Shown: positions 47,661 to 63,669 of the stretch, in pieces
Layout of the letters: the number at the start of each line of letters is the position of its first letter
How positions within the stretch are numbered: the first letter of the stretch is position 1
Assembly: GCF_009914755.1 (NCBI RefSeq)
Contig: NC_060931.1
From: the human T2T-CHM13v2.0 reference genome, Homo sapiens
Length of the DNA stretch: 64,000 nt
Strand: one strand, 5' to 3'
Position numbers and translations under genes: made by a program
Notes under the pieces: generated by a model
Database searches by the model: none
Seen by the model: the letters and a program-made list of their open reading frames with translations, nothing else
What the model was told of the DNA's origin: nothing

Positions 47661-48345
47661 TATTAGTCAGGCTTCTCCAGAGAGACAGAACCAATAGGAT
47701 ATGTGTATAAATATGAGAAAGGACTTATTAGGAAACTGGCTTATGTGCTTATGGTGACTGAGAAGTTCCACAATAGGCCTGCAAGCTGGACACCCTGGGA
47801 TGCTGGTAACATGGCTCAGTCCAAGTGCAAAGGCCTCAGAACCAGGGAAACCAATCATTAACTTTAAATCCAGGCCAAAAGCCTCAGAACCCCAGGGAGT
47901 GGGAGTGTAGGGAGCAGGGGTGGTCAGGTGTAAGTCCTGGCATTTAAAGGCTGGAGTTCTGATGTCCACAGCAGCAAGAGAAAAATTGGTCCCAGCTCTG
48001 AGAGAGAGACCAGCTTGCCTTCTATATTTCTTCTCTCCAATTACATGGTGCCTGCCAACACTGAAGGCATCTCTTTCCTACCTAGTCCACTCGGACTCCC
48101 ACACTAATCTCTGGAAACACCCTCACGGACACGCCCAAAATAATACTTTCCCAAATTTCTAGGTATTCTTTAATCCAGTCAAGCCAACAACTGAAATTAA
48201 GACCATAAATCCACCCCTTGTCAGTTTGGCACCCATAATGCATCTCCTTTAAACTGTACTTAATTTCCAAATAAAGACAGTAACAGATGCACCTACCATG
48301 ATGCACCTAGCCTGCATACAACTGAAAACACAGTGGAAATCCCCT
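47661..48345 (-). mobile_element. MLT2B-type ERVL LTR (~47661-48207) plus adjacent ERVL internal 3' fragment, inside Ricksha
   Basis: tattagtcaggcttctccagagagacagaaccaatagg is the reverse complement of the MLT2 3' end. Polypurine tract (tccacccctt on +) at 48210-48219. Confidence 0.8.
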
Positions 48346-48806
48346 CCCTAGAATTCAGTTTTCAGGATTTCAACAGTCGAGATTTTAATTGTTCAAGATT
48401 GTGATTTGGGGATTTTAGACTTTAAGGATTTTTTATCTTTTGGGATTTTGATCTTTTGGGATTTTTACATTCTGGATCATGGCATCTGTGATTGTGTCTT
48501 TCAGTATTATGATCAGCTCTGGTTTAAAAAAAATGAACAAGTGATATGAAGAGAAATTTTCACAGACATACATGAATGTAAATTGCCTATATACAGATGA
48601 AAATATTTTTATTTTTATAATGTAAATTTTAAAATAAGTTGTGAATTTCCACCTATCAAACTGGCAGTGATTATAAACAAAAGCGATATTCATTGATTGA
48701 GCCATTTTAGTATAACTTTTCTGGAGGACAGTCTGAAGTATGTATCAAAAGCCTTAAAAAAATACATTTTAACCCAGCACTTTTACTTTTAGAAAAAATT
48801 TTTTGA

Positions 48807-49031
<225 letters not shown>

Positions 49032-49639
49032 TAGAAATAATCTAAATGTTTGTTAGAAAAAAGGTTGGTTAAATAAGTGATGTCACAAAGTGGATTACTG
49101 GGCAGTCATTAAAAAGCTAAGGTAACTATAAATATATTGTCAAAGATTTAAAATATTAAGTTTAAAAAAGCATGTTACAAAATAATGTGTATGGCATTAT
49201 GTTGTTTTTATTTAAAAGTTTATAGCGGGTGAAGTCTGGATGGCTAAAATATTAAGCATGTTACTCTTGAGAATGTAATTCAAAAACATGGTGTTCTTAT
49301 ATTTTAATTCAATAATTTCACTTGTAGGAATCCCTTCTAAAGAAATAATACGAACATGAGAAGCACAAAAGTATTTGTCACAGTGCATTTCTAATTTATG
49401 ATAGTAGGAATATCCAAAAATGGCAGAACGGTTAAAAGTTTTTTTAAAAAATAAGTTTAGGAATCTCATATGGGAGCCCGCTGCTTACCAAGGATTTGTT
49501 TTTTTCTGTTTATTACAGATAGGATTAAGGTAGAATTGGAAATTGATCCAGAAAAGACCACCTGAAATTTCTGTCTCCAAAATCTCCTCATTCTTGCAAA
49601 ACCTGCTCTTCAGCCTTTCATCCTGGGACCCATTTCAGT

Positions 49640-51270
49640 TCTTCCAGTCTTCACCCGGCTTCTGACTTTTTTCTTCCCTTTTCTTTCCTTCTCCTCTTTA
49701 GTAGTTAATTCAATTCCTCTCTTACCAGCACCTCACATTATTTCCCTCTTCCTCTTGGTCATCCTCTGCAACTCATTTGCCCATTTGAAACCCAGAATGC
49801 ATGCTGTGTGTCCCTCCTCCTGTGCTGCCACACATTCTTGGAAGGACTTGGATCGTTTTTCATCTACTTAGTACAAGTGTAAGAGTTCCATCTTCAGCTA
49901 GGCTCATGGTATAGCTTGGCAAGTCTGTACCTAATCTCTTATGTCCTTTTAACACCCCCACCCCCTGAGCTAATCAATATCTTTACTGTGTCACCTACTT
50001 CCTACCATTCATGAGATACCTAGCCTTTTCTCCCCCATATGGAGAAATCAAGGCCATCAGACACACACTCCCCAAGCATCCCTCCTCTCTTCCTCTAATA
50101 TCTGTCTTTGTTGCTCTCATGCCCTTCCCTGCTGTTCAATGGAAGAGATTCAGCTAATTATTTCCAAGACTGAAACCCTTATTTAAGTTCTTTAATTCTC
50201 ATCCTTTCTTTTCTAGGACCTGTGTTTTGTTTTTTCCTAAGTTATGTAACCTCTTCTAGAGTTTCAGTCCCTCCTCCCGTGGTGGTTCTTTTCCCTTTGT
50301 TTTCTAATATTTCAGTCTCTTCTATGCTAAAATTCCTTCCTCAGCTTTGACTCTTATGTCTTGCCTTTCTCTTTTCCTTACTGCTATACTTGTTAAAAGA
50401 ATAGTCTGGATTTATAGCATTCCTCACCTTCCAGTTTTGTTCTACTTCATTGATCCACTCATCTGTTCATGGGCCAATACCCCATTCACTTTTTAATCTA
50501 ATGCCATCTGCTCTTCTAATACTTTGATGAGGTCACCAGTCCTGTGTGCCAAAATTAGTCTCCTCATTTTAGTATTCATGCCAGTTCTTGCTCTCTTTGA
50601 ACACTTGATATTATCCCTTCTTTCTTGAAATCATGTTCTTCCTTGGCTTTCACAGCCCTATTTCTTTAAAATCTCCTCCTCCTCTCAGAGCCGTTTATCC
50701 TTTTCTACTATATAAATGTAAGTGTTCCCCCCAGTTCCATCAGCGTTACTTATGTCATACATTTATGTTTTATACATTTACCCTGGATAACAATCTATTT
50801 TTGTGGCTTCAGCTATCATTTACATGCAGATTATTTCCAAATTTTTGTTTCCAACCTCTGCCCGTTTCTTAAGCTCCAGCTGCCTGTTGCGTATTCCTGT
50901 GTCCAACTGCAGATCATTATTGGTCAATATATCAGTATCAGTGCAGTCAATAGCAGTCAATATCAGTACTCCTGCATTGCCCTATTAAGGCCTGTTTTTC
51001 TTTTGTTTAGTATCCCCATCTGTTTCATTGCTCAAGCTAGAAACCTCGAAGTTATCCTTAATTCCTTTTTCCTCTTTAACACTCCTATACAGTATAATGA
51101 ATTACCAAGTCTTCCGCTTAAACCTCTCCAGTAGCTTCTCAGCTGGTCACCCTGGTTTCAATCCTGGGAAATCCCTCCTGCTACTGTTAGATAAATAATA
51201 AAAATACAGATTTGGTGATATTATTCCCTTGCTTAGAAACGTTTGGTGGCTTCTGTTTCTTTGATGATCA
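49640..51270 (+). mobile_element. Degraded L2 fragments
   Basis: Pyrimidine-rich L2-like segments (ccttggcttt..., caagctagaaacctcgaagttatcctt). Confidence 0.55.
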
Positions 51271-51565
51271 GGTTTTTTTTAGACCAAAATCAGTATGAAT
51301 TGGCCAAAAATTTTTATGTTCTACTTTTAGTTTGAAGAGGAAGTCTTAGAGATATACTCTGGATACTGAGATATCAAAATTCTCAGCCGCATCAATAGAT
51401 TGTTGTTATGGAAACAGGCAAGTTATGATCACTGCATCAATTAATCATTCCTGAAGCACCTGCTGTGTGCACTAGATACTAATAGGTACTGATCATATAA
51501 AAAGTGAAAAAACATAGCCCCTTATCTCCAGGTGCTAAAAGTCTAGCAAAGGAAATAGATATGGA

Positions 51566-52062
51566 GGTTGAACATTCTTAACCTGGAAATGAAATGTCCC
51601 AAAGTTTGAAACTTTGAGCGCTAACCTGATGCCACAGTAGAAAATTCCACATCTGACCTTATATATTATCCCAGAAAGATGCTGACCACAGCTGATAAGA
51701 TCACCTTTATAGGAATTAAGGATGCTAAGGATAGAATAACTATGCTGGGGGCTGTGCTAATGCAGCAGGTATGTGTAAGTGTAAACTTGCTGTGATTCCA
51801 CGTGGTGGCGGAGAGTGACACCTTCACTTTCTGATGGTTCAGTGTACACAAACTTTGTTTCATGCACAAAATTATTTAAAACATTGTATAAAATTATCTT
51901 CAGGCTATGTATGTAAGTTGCATATGAAATATAAATGTATTTTGTGTTTAGATTTGGGTCCCCTCCCCCAATATAGCTCATTATGTATATGCTAATATTT
52001 CAAAATATGAAATCCCAAATGCTTCTGGTCCCAAACATTTAAGAGAAGGGATATTCGGCCTA
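51566..52062. mobile_element. Tigger4/Zombi-type DNA transposon
   Basis: aggttgaacattc... and ...aaatgcttctggtcccaaacattt..aagggatattcggccta termini. Confidence 0.8.
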
Positions 52063-52139
52063 TAAATGATTGCAGCAATGTTGATGATTTACTAGGAGTT
52101 CTTACTAGTTGTTGTGTGAACTAGAGTATAATAGTCAAA

Positions 52140-52365
52140 ATGTATTAAGCATTCACTATGTGCCAGGCACTATGCTAAGTCTTCCAGCTTTATATATATT
52201 ACTTATATGCTTTATTTACACTGTTTATAAATTTTAGAACACAATTTTATATATAAGAAAAAAAAATCAACCTTAGGTTGTGCTATATTACAAATAGCAG
52301 AGCCAGAATTTAGTCCAGGAGTGTGAGATTCCAAAGCTTCTGCTTTTATCCATATACTGTGCTCC
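52140..52365 (-). mobile_element. MIR
   Basis: attaagcattcactatgtgccaggcactatgctaag...gcagagccagaattt. Confidence 0.7.
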
Positions 52366-52639
52366 TTTACTCTGCCTGGGAGGTTAGGGAGTGCTTCCTG
52401 GAGGAGGAGGCATTTCACAGTATATATTAGCCCATCATTGCCTTACTCTGAATTTTTTGAGTTGTTTTCCCCTCATCCTGTGCTCTTCTCCCTGACTTCT
52501 ATTCTACCTCATCTCCTTCTAGTCCTTTTCTACCTCACCCTACATTCTTGGCACACTGCTTTTTTTGTCATTCCATTGTCATCTTCCCTGCGTTATTTAC
52601 GACAAGAAGTCTGTGATCATTCTTACTTTGGTTCACCTA

Positions 52640-53900
52640 TAAATGTGCCTTTTTAAAGATTTTCCTCTTTCTCACTGGTTTTTAGCAATTTGAGTATAGT
52701 GCCTTGGTTTTATTTGTATTTATCTGGCTTGGAGTTCATTGAGCTACTTAAATTTTTTTGTTTATAGTTTTTATCAGATTTGGAAATTTTTCAGCCATGG
52801 GTATGTTTTCTAATATTTTCCTACCCCTACCTCTCTTCTCTTATTCCTTGAATTACAGTGTATTAAATGGCTTGATGCTGTCCCATAGATCCCTGGGGTC
52901 CTGTTTGTTTTGTTCAGTCTTTTTTCCCTCCCTCTCTCTCTCTGTGCTTCCATTGACAGCTTATTTTGCTGCATCTTAAAATTCACTGATTCTTCTGCAG
53001 TGTCTGATCTGCTATAAAGACTATCCAATGGGTTTTTCATTTGAGATACTGTATTTTTCACCTATGAAAGTTCCTTTTGGTTCTTTTTGTAACCTCCATC
53101 TCTTACATGATTATGTTCATATTTTACTTTAAATCTTTGAGCATCTTTATAATGCCTGTTTTAAGGTCCTTATCTGCCAATTCCATCATCTCTGTCATTT
53201 CTGGGTCTGCTTTTATTATTTTTCCTATTGGTTGTGAATTGTAATTTGTGGCATTTTCAGATATCTAGAAATTTTTGGTAAAATGACATACATTTGGAAT
53301 GTTGCAGGGTTGAGTAGATTTTATCCCATTAAAGAATGGTGAAGTATGTTTTGGCAGTCATTTAAATTACTTGTAGATCAGTTTGGTTAGGACAGACCTA
53401 GAACTAGGTTAGCCTTGATATAAAGGATGGCCCTCCCAAAGAAGTCTGTTCGTTGCCCCAGTGTTTAGAGTGGCTTTTCTACTCTAGCTTGACAAAATTT
53501 AAATGTCTTACCCTTGTTCTTTGTGAACACTGGGAATTTCTCAGCCTTATAATTTTCCAGAGTTATTTTGTCTAAGACTTCAAAGTACTATTGAGCAGAT
53601 CTCTTTGTGCAGCTCCCTCCTCTCTGGTACTCACCTGCCAATTCCAGCTGTCTTAGCCTTGCCAAACTCCCAGTCTGTCTTCTCAGCTTAGCATGGCTGC
53701 TGCATTCCACTTCTGCTTGGGTTCCTCCCCTACCCTATACCCCTGTCCATAAATTGTTACCAAGTAGGAAGATTGGAGAGCTTACCTTTTCTCACAGCTC
53801 ATGGTCCTATACCTGTTGTTCTAATGCCTGAAATAGTTGGTTCATATGCTTTAATTTTCTAGTTGTTTATAGCCAGAGGGCAAGTGCCATACCATTTGGT
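52640..53900 (-). mobile_element. Old L1M 5'/ORF1 fragment
   Basis: ORF 52810..53061 (-) MKNTVSQMKNPLDSLYSRSDTAEE resembles the L1 ORF1p coiled coil. Confidence 0.7.
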
Positions 53901-54960
53901 TGGATGGGGAAGTAGAAACTTGCCCTTTAATGAGTGTACCATGTATTTTTTACACAATGTGCCCTCACACATGTGCTCCCTCTATCTAGGATGTGCTGTT
54001 ACCATTTCATCTAGTGGACTTCTAAGTAATCCTTCAAGGCTCAGAATAAATGTCATCTTTCCAAGATTTTTTTTTTCTACTTCCTTTCCAATTAATTGCT
54101 CAATTGCTAAGTTATCAAGTCATTTAATATATAATTTCACATATATATTAATGCATATGTATTTGTTATTTAAATATCTTTCATTTTTCTCTTCCCCACT
54201 AGAGCTTGAAGGACCAGACATACTTATTTGTAATTATCTTTCTATCTCTAGGATGGAGCATAGGGCCTAACATATTTGATGGTTTGTTGAATTTGAATAA
54301 TGAGAAAGTAAAGATCCAAACTGGGCCTCAGAGCAGGACAGAAATGGAAATGCTACTTTAGATAGAAAAAACAGTGTTTGGTTTGAGGCGGGAAGCTATG
54401 ATACAGCCAAGGTGCAGGCAGCTAGGGAAACTCAGTTACTCTTAGCTTCTAAACATCAGTTATATGGCTCTGAATAATGTTGGTCAAAAGATAATCATCT
54501 CACAACTTTCCAATGACCACTAGAAAGTTGAAATTTTAAAGTTCTAAATGTTTTCTGTAAAAGTAGTTTTTGTACAAAACTTTTTTTGTTAACAGTTTTT
54601 TAATTAATTTCCCAGTAAAATTTTTTGGTTAAAAAGTAGTGTTGCTGTAGTTAAAGATAGAAAAAGCAAAGCTATTATAGGGCTTCTCTAGCTTCCATGT
54701 GAAGGAAAGTACTTTGTGTAAAATAGTTAATATTATATTTTCTGTTACTATACTTGAGAGATGCTTTTAACATCTCAGATTGTTCTTTAGTGAGATCACA
54801 TTTAGTGATATTAGTTAATATGGCATTTAGTTTAGTTAATGAGTAAAATCCACAGTTAAACAGGGTTATATGATTATATGTTGTACCGAGAGAAATATAG
54901 TCTCTTTTTTTTTGAGAGGAATGAATGTCATCTTAATGGTCACTCAATCTAGCTTTTCGA

Positions 54961-55277
<317 letters not shown>

Positions 55278-55421
55278 TCAATTTTATTATAATAGTCTAT
55301 ATTTGAAATACATACTTGAAAATTTTCACAAAACTGTAGTTAGCAGTATATTTTGTGCTTATGTAAACTACTTAAATTGTTGAAAACACCAAGAAGAAAC
55401 CATTTGTTAAAGCAAGAATGG

Positions 55422-55756
<335 letters not shown>

Positions 55757-56050
55757 CTAATTGCTCTTAAAATTTAGGTAAAGAAATCCTTGTGTTTATG
55801 TAAATTGATAGTAATGGGCTGAGGAACTCAGATGACAATAAACTGTGATTAAGAAACTGTTTCAGCCAAAATGCAGTTCTTTATTTCAATTGAGGAACAC
55901 AGTTCTGTTACCAGCAAATTGTGGCCTGTATGTGCAGAGGGCTTAGTAAACTGTACATTACATCGTGGTGCATCTTGAGCTACTTGGAACTGAGTTGGCT
56001 CAGCCTATACCGTGTTTTGATTCAGGTTGTTAAATCCATACTAACAGTTA

Positions 56051-56190
<140 letters not shown>

Positions 56191-56310
56191 CATTTTTTAA
56201 AAAAGGTATACAGTTACTGCCAGACTGTAATTAATTTACTCTGTAGTTTTGGTGTAAGTGTTCGCCATTTCTTATGAGTTATATATTACTTTAATTTTGC
56301 CCTTCTCTAG

Positions 56311-56455
56311 TGCTGCTGGGGGTGAAATCTTTGACCAGTGTGTTGCAGACAGAGAAGAAGCCTTTAAAGAAAAAGATGTTCAAAGACTTATGCGACAGAT
56401 TTTAGAAGGTGTTCACTTTTTACACACTCGTGATGTAGTTCATCTTGATTTGAAG
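56311..56455 (+). CDS. STK17A: STK17A exon 3 ([49 protein letters not shown])
   Basis: Acceptor ccttctctAG (56309-56310), donor GTAAGA (56456). 145 nt, contains the HLDLK catalytic loop. Exons 1-3 sum to 564 nt = 188 codons in frame. The gene continues beyond the window. Confidence 0.98.
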
Positions 56456-57061
56456 GTAAGATTCAAATTACAATTTTGAGATTGCTAAAGAATGACATTC
56501 AAGACATAAAATATTTAACAGTGATTTATTCAAACATGTTTCACGTTTGTGTATTATTAGGTAACAAGGATATTAGAATTGAGTCTTTACTCCTATCCTC
56601 TAGCCAGTTAGTTTTATCAGGGAGATAATGCACACATGTGTACATGGAAAGATACAAAATAATACAATGCCAAAGAAAGGAACTCAAAATATGATAAGAC
56701 AGAACTTGAGCTAGATCTTTTGAAAAGTTAGGATTTAGATAAGTTGAGAAGAATGAGAGAAAATTGCTCACAAGAGTTAGGAATATTTGTGATGTGTTTG
56801 GGAAAAAAATAAATGGAATCATTTCACTGGAATTGAGAAATCAATTAGGAGATATTAAAAGCTGGGGAAAGGCTGGATTCTAGGGGTTTCATATGTCATG
56901 AAGACATAGATGATTTTTGAGCCAGGAATATTCGAGAAGCAGTGTTTTGGAAAATAGGCAGCAGTAAATAAATGAGAAAATTAAAGAGATTAGAGGCAGG
57001 TAGATTTCTAATTTAAAATCATCAAAGGCGGAGAAGAGGAAGGAAAGAAAAACAAAGGACA

Positions 57062-57598
57062 GTATATCAGTTATGTTCCTTTCAAGTGATCAGGGTGCCA
57101 GCTGAAACCAGGGTAAGCAAAACAAGGAAATTTTAGTGGCAAACAAGTCCAGGGATAATTCTAGCTTCAGTTATGACAGTATTCAGGGTTCAAAAACTGT
57201 TGCTAGTACTCAGTTTTTCTCCAGCATTCAGCTCTGCCTTCTTTGAATGACAGTAAGATGGTAATAAAGTAGGTGCTGCTGTTCAGCCTTGCAGCTACCT
57301 GGAGACAGCAGGAAAGTCAGTCTCTGCTCACAGCTCTGTCCAAAGTTCTGAGATTCACTCTGATTACACCAGCGTAGATCAATTTGGAACCAGTAAGTGT
57401 GCTGGTTGGTGTAGGGCTTTGGCTTTCCATGCCAGTGTCATCAGTGTCATAGGCTCCAACTCTGGAGGAAGAGGTATAACACTTTCTACCATCCTAACCT
57501 TTACGTGGACTGAGTGAAGAAGGGATGGATTCTCAAAACCAGTTGTGTTTCTGAAAGAACAAAGAATGGGTGCTCAGGAGACAATAAAGGTCCACTAT
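57062..57598. mobile_element. Old MaLR LTR (MLT1K/L-like)
   Basis: tatcagtt...tcagctctgcctt...ctgagattcactctgatt...gaatgggtgct. Confidence 0.5.
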
Positions 57599-58119
57599 GA
57601 TGATTCTTAGTATATTCCTGCAGGTGTCTGTGGTAGGCAAGTTTAAGATCTCTGTTGATTTTCTGATGGTTACTTTCATATCAAGTCCAGGTGCAACTGT
57701 GGGGAAATGAAACATTCCTCAAACACAGAACATGCCACAGCAACCCTAGTTCCTAGTGTTTATTTCATTTACAAAGATGGCCTTACTGGCCAGAGGAAAT
57801 AGGGTTAGGAAGGATGGTAACCTGAGAAGGCCGAAGCCTCTGGACCACCCCCAAAAAACTTTCCCATCCTGAATTGCAGCATCATCTCACACCACGATCA
57901 TCTACTGATCTACCTTGACCTCTGCTGTAGTATCCCCTCTAGCAGAAAGTAGATGCTTAATGGCAGTGTTCTCTGACCCAGACATGAATCAGAATCACCT
58001 GGAAGGGCTTGTTAATACAAATTGCTAGGCCACAACCCTAAAGTTTCTGATTCAGGGTAGGGCAAGGCGAGGCTTAAACTTCAGGCCAGGGGCCACTTTA
58101 AGAATTGCTATATGGCCAG

Positions 58120-58824
<705 letters not shown>

Positions 58825-58849
58825 TTAATACTATATAAATAACTGCTTA

Positions 58850-59275
<426 letters not shown>

Positions 59276-61232
59276 TTAAATACTAGTTTCCTACAGAAAA
59301 ATTTACTCGTTTCCTACAGAAAAATACAGGGAAAAGAAAACAATGTGGAAGTTTTCTTGTTCTCTTTTGAAAGATGCCAATGTAAATTCATTTTATACAC
59401 ATTTATCTTTTCTCAAAGATATTAATTTTTTAATACCATGGCTAAAATGGACACTCAGGACCCAGTAGCCACATGGTACACAGTGGCGTTTTTTGAAAGC
59501 AAGTGTGGACATGTGCACACCCACACGCTGAGGTGGCCTGATGTTAATGCTGAAGGTTACCTAGTTAAAACCTTTCATAGCTTGGGTGGGGGCATTGCTT
59601 TTCCCCTTCAGTGTGTCATATGCATAAGAAGTTCAAAGATCCTTGCTGCAAGAAATTTCCACCTTGCTTCCCTCGGGAACATTTACAAGGAAGATATGGC
59701 CTCCGCAGTACGGACTTTCACTGGGCTAATACTTTAAGTATTAGCCATGCAGAGGAATTCCCAAAATAAATGTTTATGCTGTAGCTTCTTTCATGTTTGG
59801 TTTTACACTCTTAACTTTGCAAAATCGTGTATCTGTTTTATTTTTTAATGATGTTTTACTAGTCTTATGATGGACTTCCAGGAAGAGAACCCCAATTTAA
59901 ATAGCATTGCACCTATAGGAAATGAGCTTTCAGCTTATGACAGTTGAACCTGTGACTATTCAAGAACTAATTAAGTAGCAAGTCAAACAGGTTGTCAGCA
60001 CCATGTGTCATGGATCTTTGATGTTACTTGAGAGCATCAAAGGTGAATATTAAGTTCTTGAATACCAACTTTAAGTGTGTATTTACACAAGGAAATTATA
60101 TCCCTTTCTCCTCAGTATATTCAGTATCAATCATATTCCTTTCTCTCTAATACACTTGGTTTAGAATTCTTTCCAGATTCAGTAGAGGCCTTGATGACGA
60201 TGACAGGCCTTTGATGTTGGAAACTGGACTCTCCATGTTTCCTCGACCCAGAGGAACTAGAAGACAAAGTGGTCCAAAGGGTTCTCAGCCTTCCTTCTGC
60301 CTTCATGCCCCTCCATGTGCAGTCAGACATGTCTCTGAGTCAACTACTGGAGGGAGAGGATAGAGATGGGGTTGGTATGGCAACCATGCATGCGGGAGTG
60401 ATTTCTACTAAAAGGTCATTTCCAATTGGCCTCTGTGAGTCTGGATGAAGTGAGTCTGCTGTCCTCTGTCTTCGACAGTGTGTGCTCATAATGTTGACTC
60501 TTGGTCTCTAGAAGCGTTTGAAAGACTAGGCTATTTTTTAAGAAATTATTTTCCCACATTGCCTCAAAGCTAAATATATTATGTTTTCATTCTCTAAAAA
60601 CTGATAATCCCAATATGTATGGTAATTTTGAATTATTAGGCTATTTAGTCTCCATGCTGGTTAAAATGGGAAACTCCTGTCCCTGTGACAGAAGTTAGTT
60701 GGAAGTTAAAACAACTGTTATAGTTGCTTCTATTAAGGATATAATTGACGCTATGGGAAATACACTGCTTAGCTTTGGTGCAGAGCCTGAATGATCAATT
60801 TGCCAAAAGACTGATTCACTGAAGACTGTCAGCCAAATATCTTAAATAGAGCTGGGAAAGTTCTTGGGGTGGGGGAGGGAGTAGCAGATGCAGATTTAGG
60901 AGTCTGTAAAAGTATGAGTCCATACAGCCACAAAAATAGAAAAGACAAGCCATGATTAAGAGAAAACCCATTCGTTTAATATATAAAATGTTGCAGAAAT
61001 TGCAAATCTGAGAAACAACAACCCTGGCAAAGTCAGAACAAAACCAACTAAAAGTACCCAAACAGTCTCAATAATTTGGTGAATTAGTCATTCAGTACAG
61101 CGGCCTGGTTTTAGTCCTGTCAGAGGGAGGGAGGACTGACTAAAAATAGCACAAAGAAATCTGGTCTTAAAATCTATTGCTCTTTTTTCTTCAAATGGTG
61201 TTGTACTGGTTCAGTCTTTCAGCAGTGTTAGT

Positions 61233-61552
61233 ACAGTCAGCCCTCTGCATCCATGGATTCAACCAACCACAGGTTGAAAATATTCAGGGTGCAAAAATTC
61301 CACAAAGTTCCAAAAAGCTAAACTTGAATTGGCCCCCCACCAAGTATTTCATTGAATCCACACAAATGAGGTGATGTGTGGTATTATAATAGCTATTCTG
61401 AGTAACCTAGAGATGATTTAAAGTTTACAGGAGGATGTGCTTAGGTTATATGCAAATACTGTACCATTTCCTATCAGGAACTTGAGCATCACAGATTTTG
61501 GTATCTGCAAGGAGTCCCTGAACCAATCCCCACCGATACCATGGGACAACTA
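61233..61552. mobile_element. Tigger3/Golem non-autonomous element
   Basis: ta|cagtcagccctctgcatccatggattcaaccaacc ... gaaccaatccccaccgataccatgggacaacta|ta. Confidence 0.85.
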
Positions 61553-61617
61553 TACTAGGATTCTATCACTAACTTTTCCACCCAGTTATGCTCATGGTTA
61601 AAAGTAGACTAGAAGAA

Positions 61618-61905
61618 GGCCAGGTGTGGTGGCTCACACCTGTAATCCCAGCACTTTGGGAGGCTGAGGTAGAAGGACCACATGAGCCCAGGAGTTTGAG
61701 ACCAGCCCAGGCAACATAGTGAGACCTCATCTCCACAAAAAATTAAAAAAATCAGCCAGCCATGGTGGCACGCGCCTTTAGTCCCAGCTACAGAGGAAGC
61801 TGAGGTGGGAGGATTGCCTGAGCTCAGGAGTTCGAGGCTGCAGTGGGCTATGATTGCACCCTGCATTCCAGCCTGGGGAACAGAGTGAGATCCTGTCTCA
61901 AAAAC
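61618..61905 (+). mobile_element. AluJ
   Basis: Dimeric Alu. Confidence 0.92.
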
Positions 61906-63217
61906 TTTTTTATTAAAACATTAATTTCTAAAAATTAATTTCAAAAAAAGTAGCCAGAAGCTGGGACTTTCCATATGAGATTTAAATTTGAGCATCAGTA
62001 TATTACTTGAAAGCAGGGGTAATAAAAACATTCCTAAACAGTCCCCCAAATTAATTTAGATGGGATTATTAACCTATTTCTCTACTCTAACCTGGGTTTT
62101 AATAGTTAATATACTAGAACTTTAATTGTCTGATAAAATGTTCCTTAAAACCCTGCCCATGACACCCTAAGCCTTATTGAGCAGGTTAACCTCAACTTTA
62201 CAATGATCTTAGCCGCCAAATCTTCTCCAGTGGTGATTGTTCAGTAAACGTTAAATGGATTATGTACAAAGATGAAGATACCGAGATAAATAAAAGACTT
62301 CCCTACAGCCACCATCTATTTACGGACCGTCTGCAGGTTTTCTGCCTATTCCACTGTTATCACCTCTCTATTGATTGACCTTGCTTCTTTCTCTCCCTTA
62401 CTACCTGGGATTCATATATTTTAAATAGAACTAGATTTTGTGTGCCACAACTTCTTTATAATGAACTGGATTCCCTAGAAAGGAAGTTTAACTAAATTGT
62501 AAATGCTGAGGTACTTAGCTTTGTTTTGAGGACATGTATTTCGGCTTATTGGAAGTAGATATATTTCACCATCGAAGAACTAACAGAGCTTATAGTCCTG
62601 TAATTGTATATATATTTTATTTAGAGAAGCAAAGTCTATTTTTAAAAATAGCCCTGTGGTCAAAATTGGGCACAGTTAGTTGGTAAAGGCCACATAATAA
62701 ATATTAACTGAAATCCCATGAAATAGCTCTGATTTTATGAGAAATGTGTTTATTCTAGCAACCTCTCTCTCAGTTGTTTAACTTCATTTTTAGAAAGTCT
62801 CTCACATTGGTGTATCATAGATGCATGTAACAGGGCCTAGACTTCTCATACAATAAGATTTTAATAATTTGATCACACTGATTTAGGATTTACAACATTA
62901 CCACCAAACCAATTAGTTTTTGCATAGTAACTAAAGAAAGCATTTCTCAGGGAATATAAAGTGTAAATACATAAAAGGGAAAAACATTTAAACTATTTTA
63001 AGGGAACAAATGGTATTTAAGAACATTCATAGAATGTACATGTTTACTAATCACAAGAAAATCTCAAGATTTGGTGAAGATTTTCCCTAGCAGTATTTCA
63101 CCTGGCATTTTGCGTGTACTCAAAAGGGCAAAACATTCAATTATGAATATGTATCACTGAACCAAAGCCCTCCTATCAAATTTGCCTGAATAATAAGACA
63201 TTTTGTGGTTACTATAG

Positions 63218-63572
<355 letters not shown>

Positions 63573-63669
63573 TAAAATTGCCTTGAAAAGTCTGAGGACT
63601 CATAGTCATGATGGTACATAGGTGTTTTTTTCGTGAAGAATTAGCTAGAAGCTAATTAACAAAGAAAAT

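Noticed and set aside
59286-59326. Local duplications (gtttcctacagaaaaat twice; also near 28465, 37627, 39288 and 50925)
   Set aside because: Ordinary slippage micro-duplications with no sign of function
62290-62335. Partial CTCF-like motifs (also near 18525 and 53870)
   Set aside because: Each mismatches several core positions and cannot be supported without a PWM scan or ChIP data
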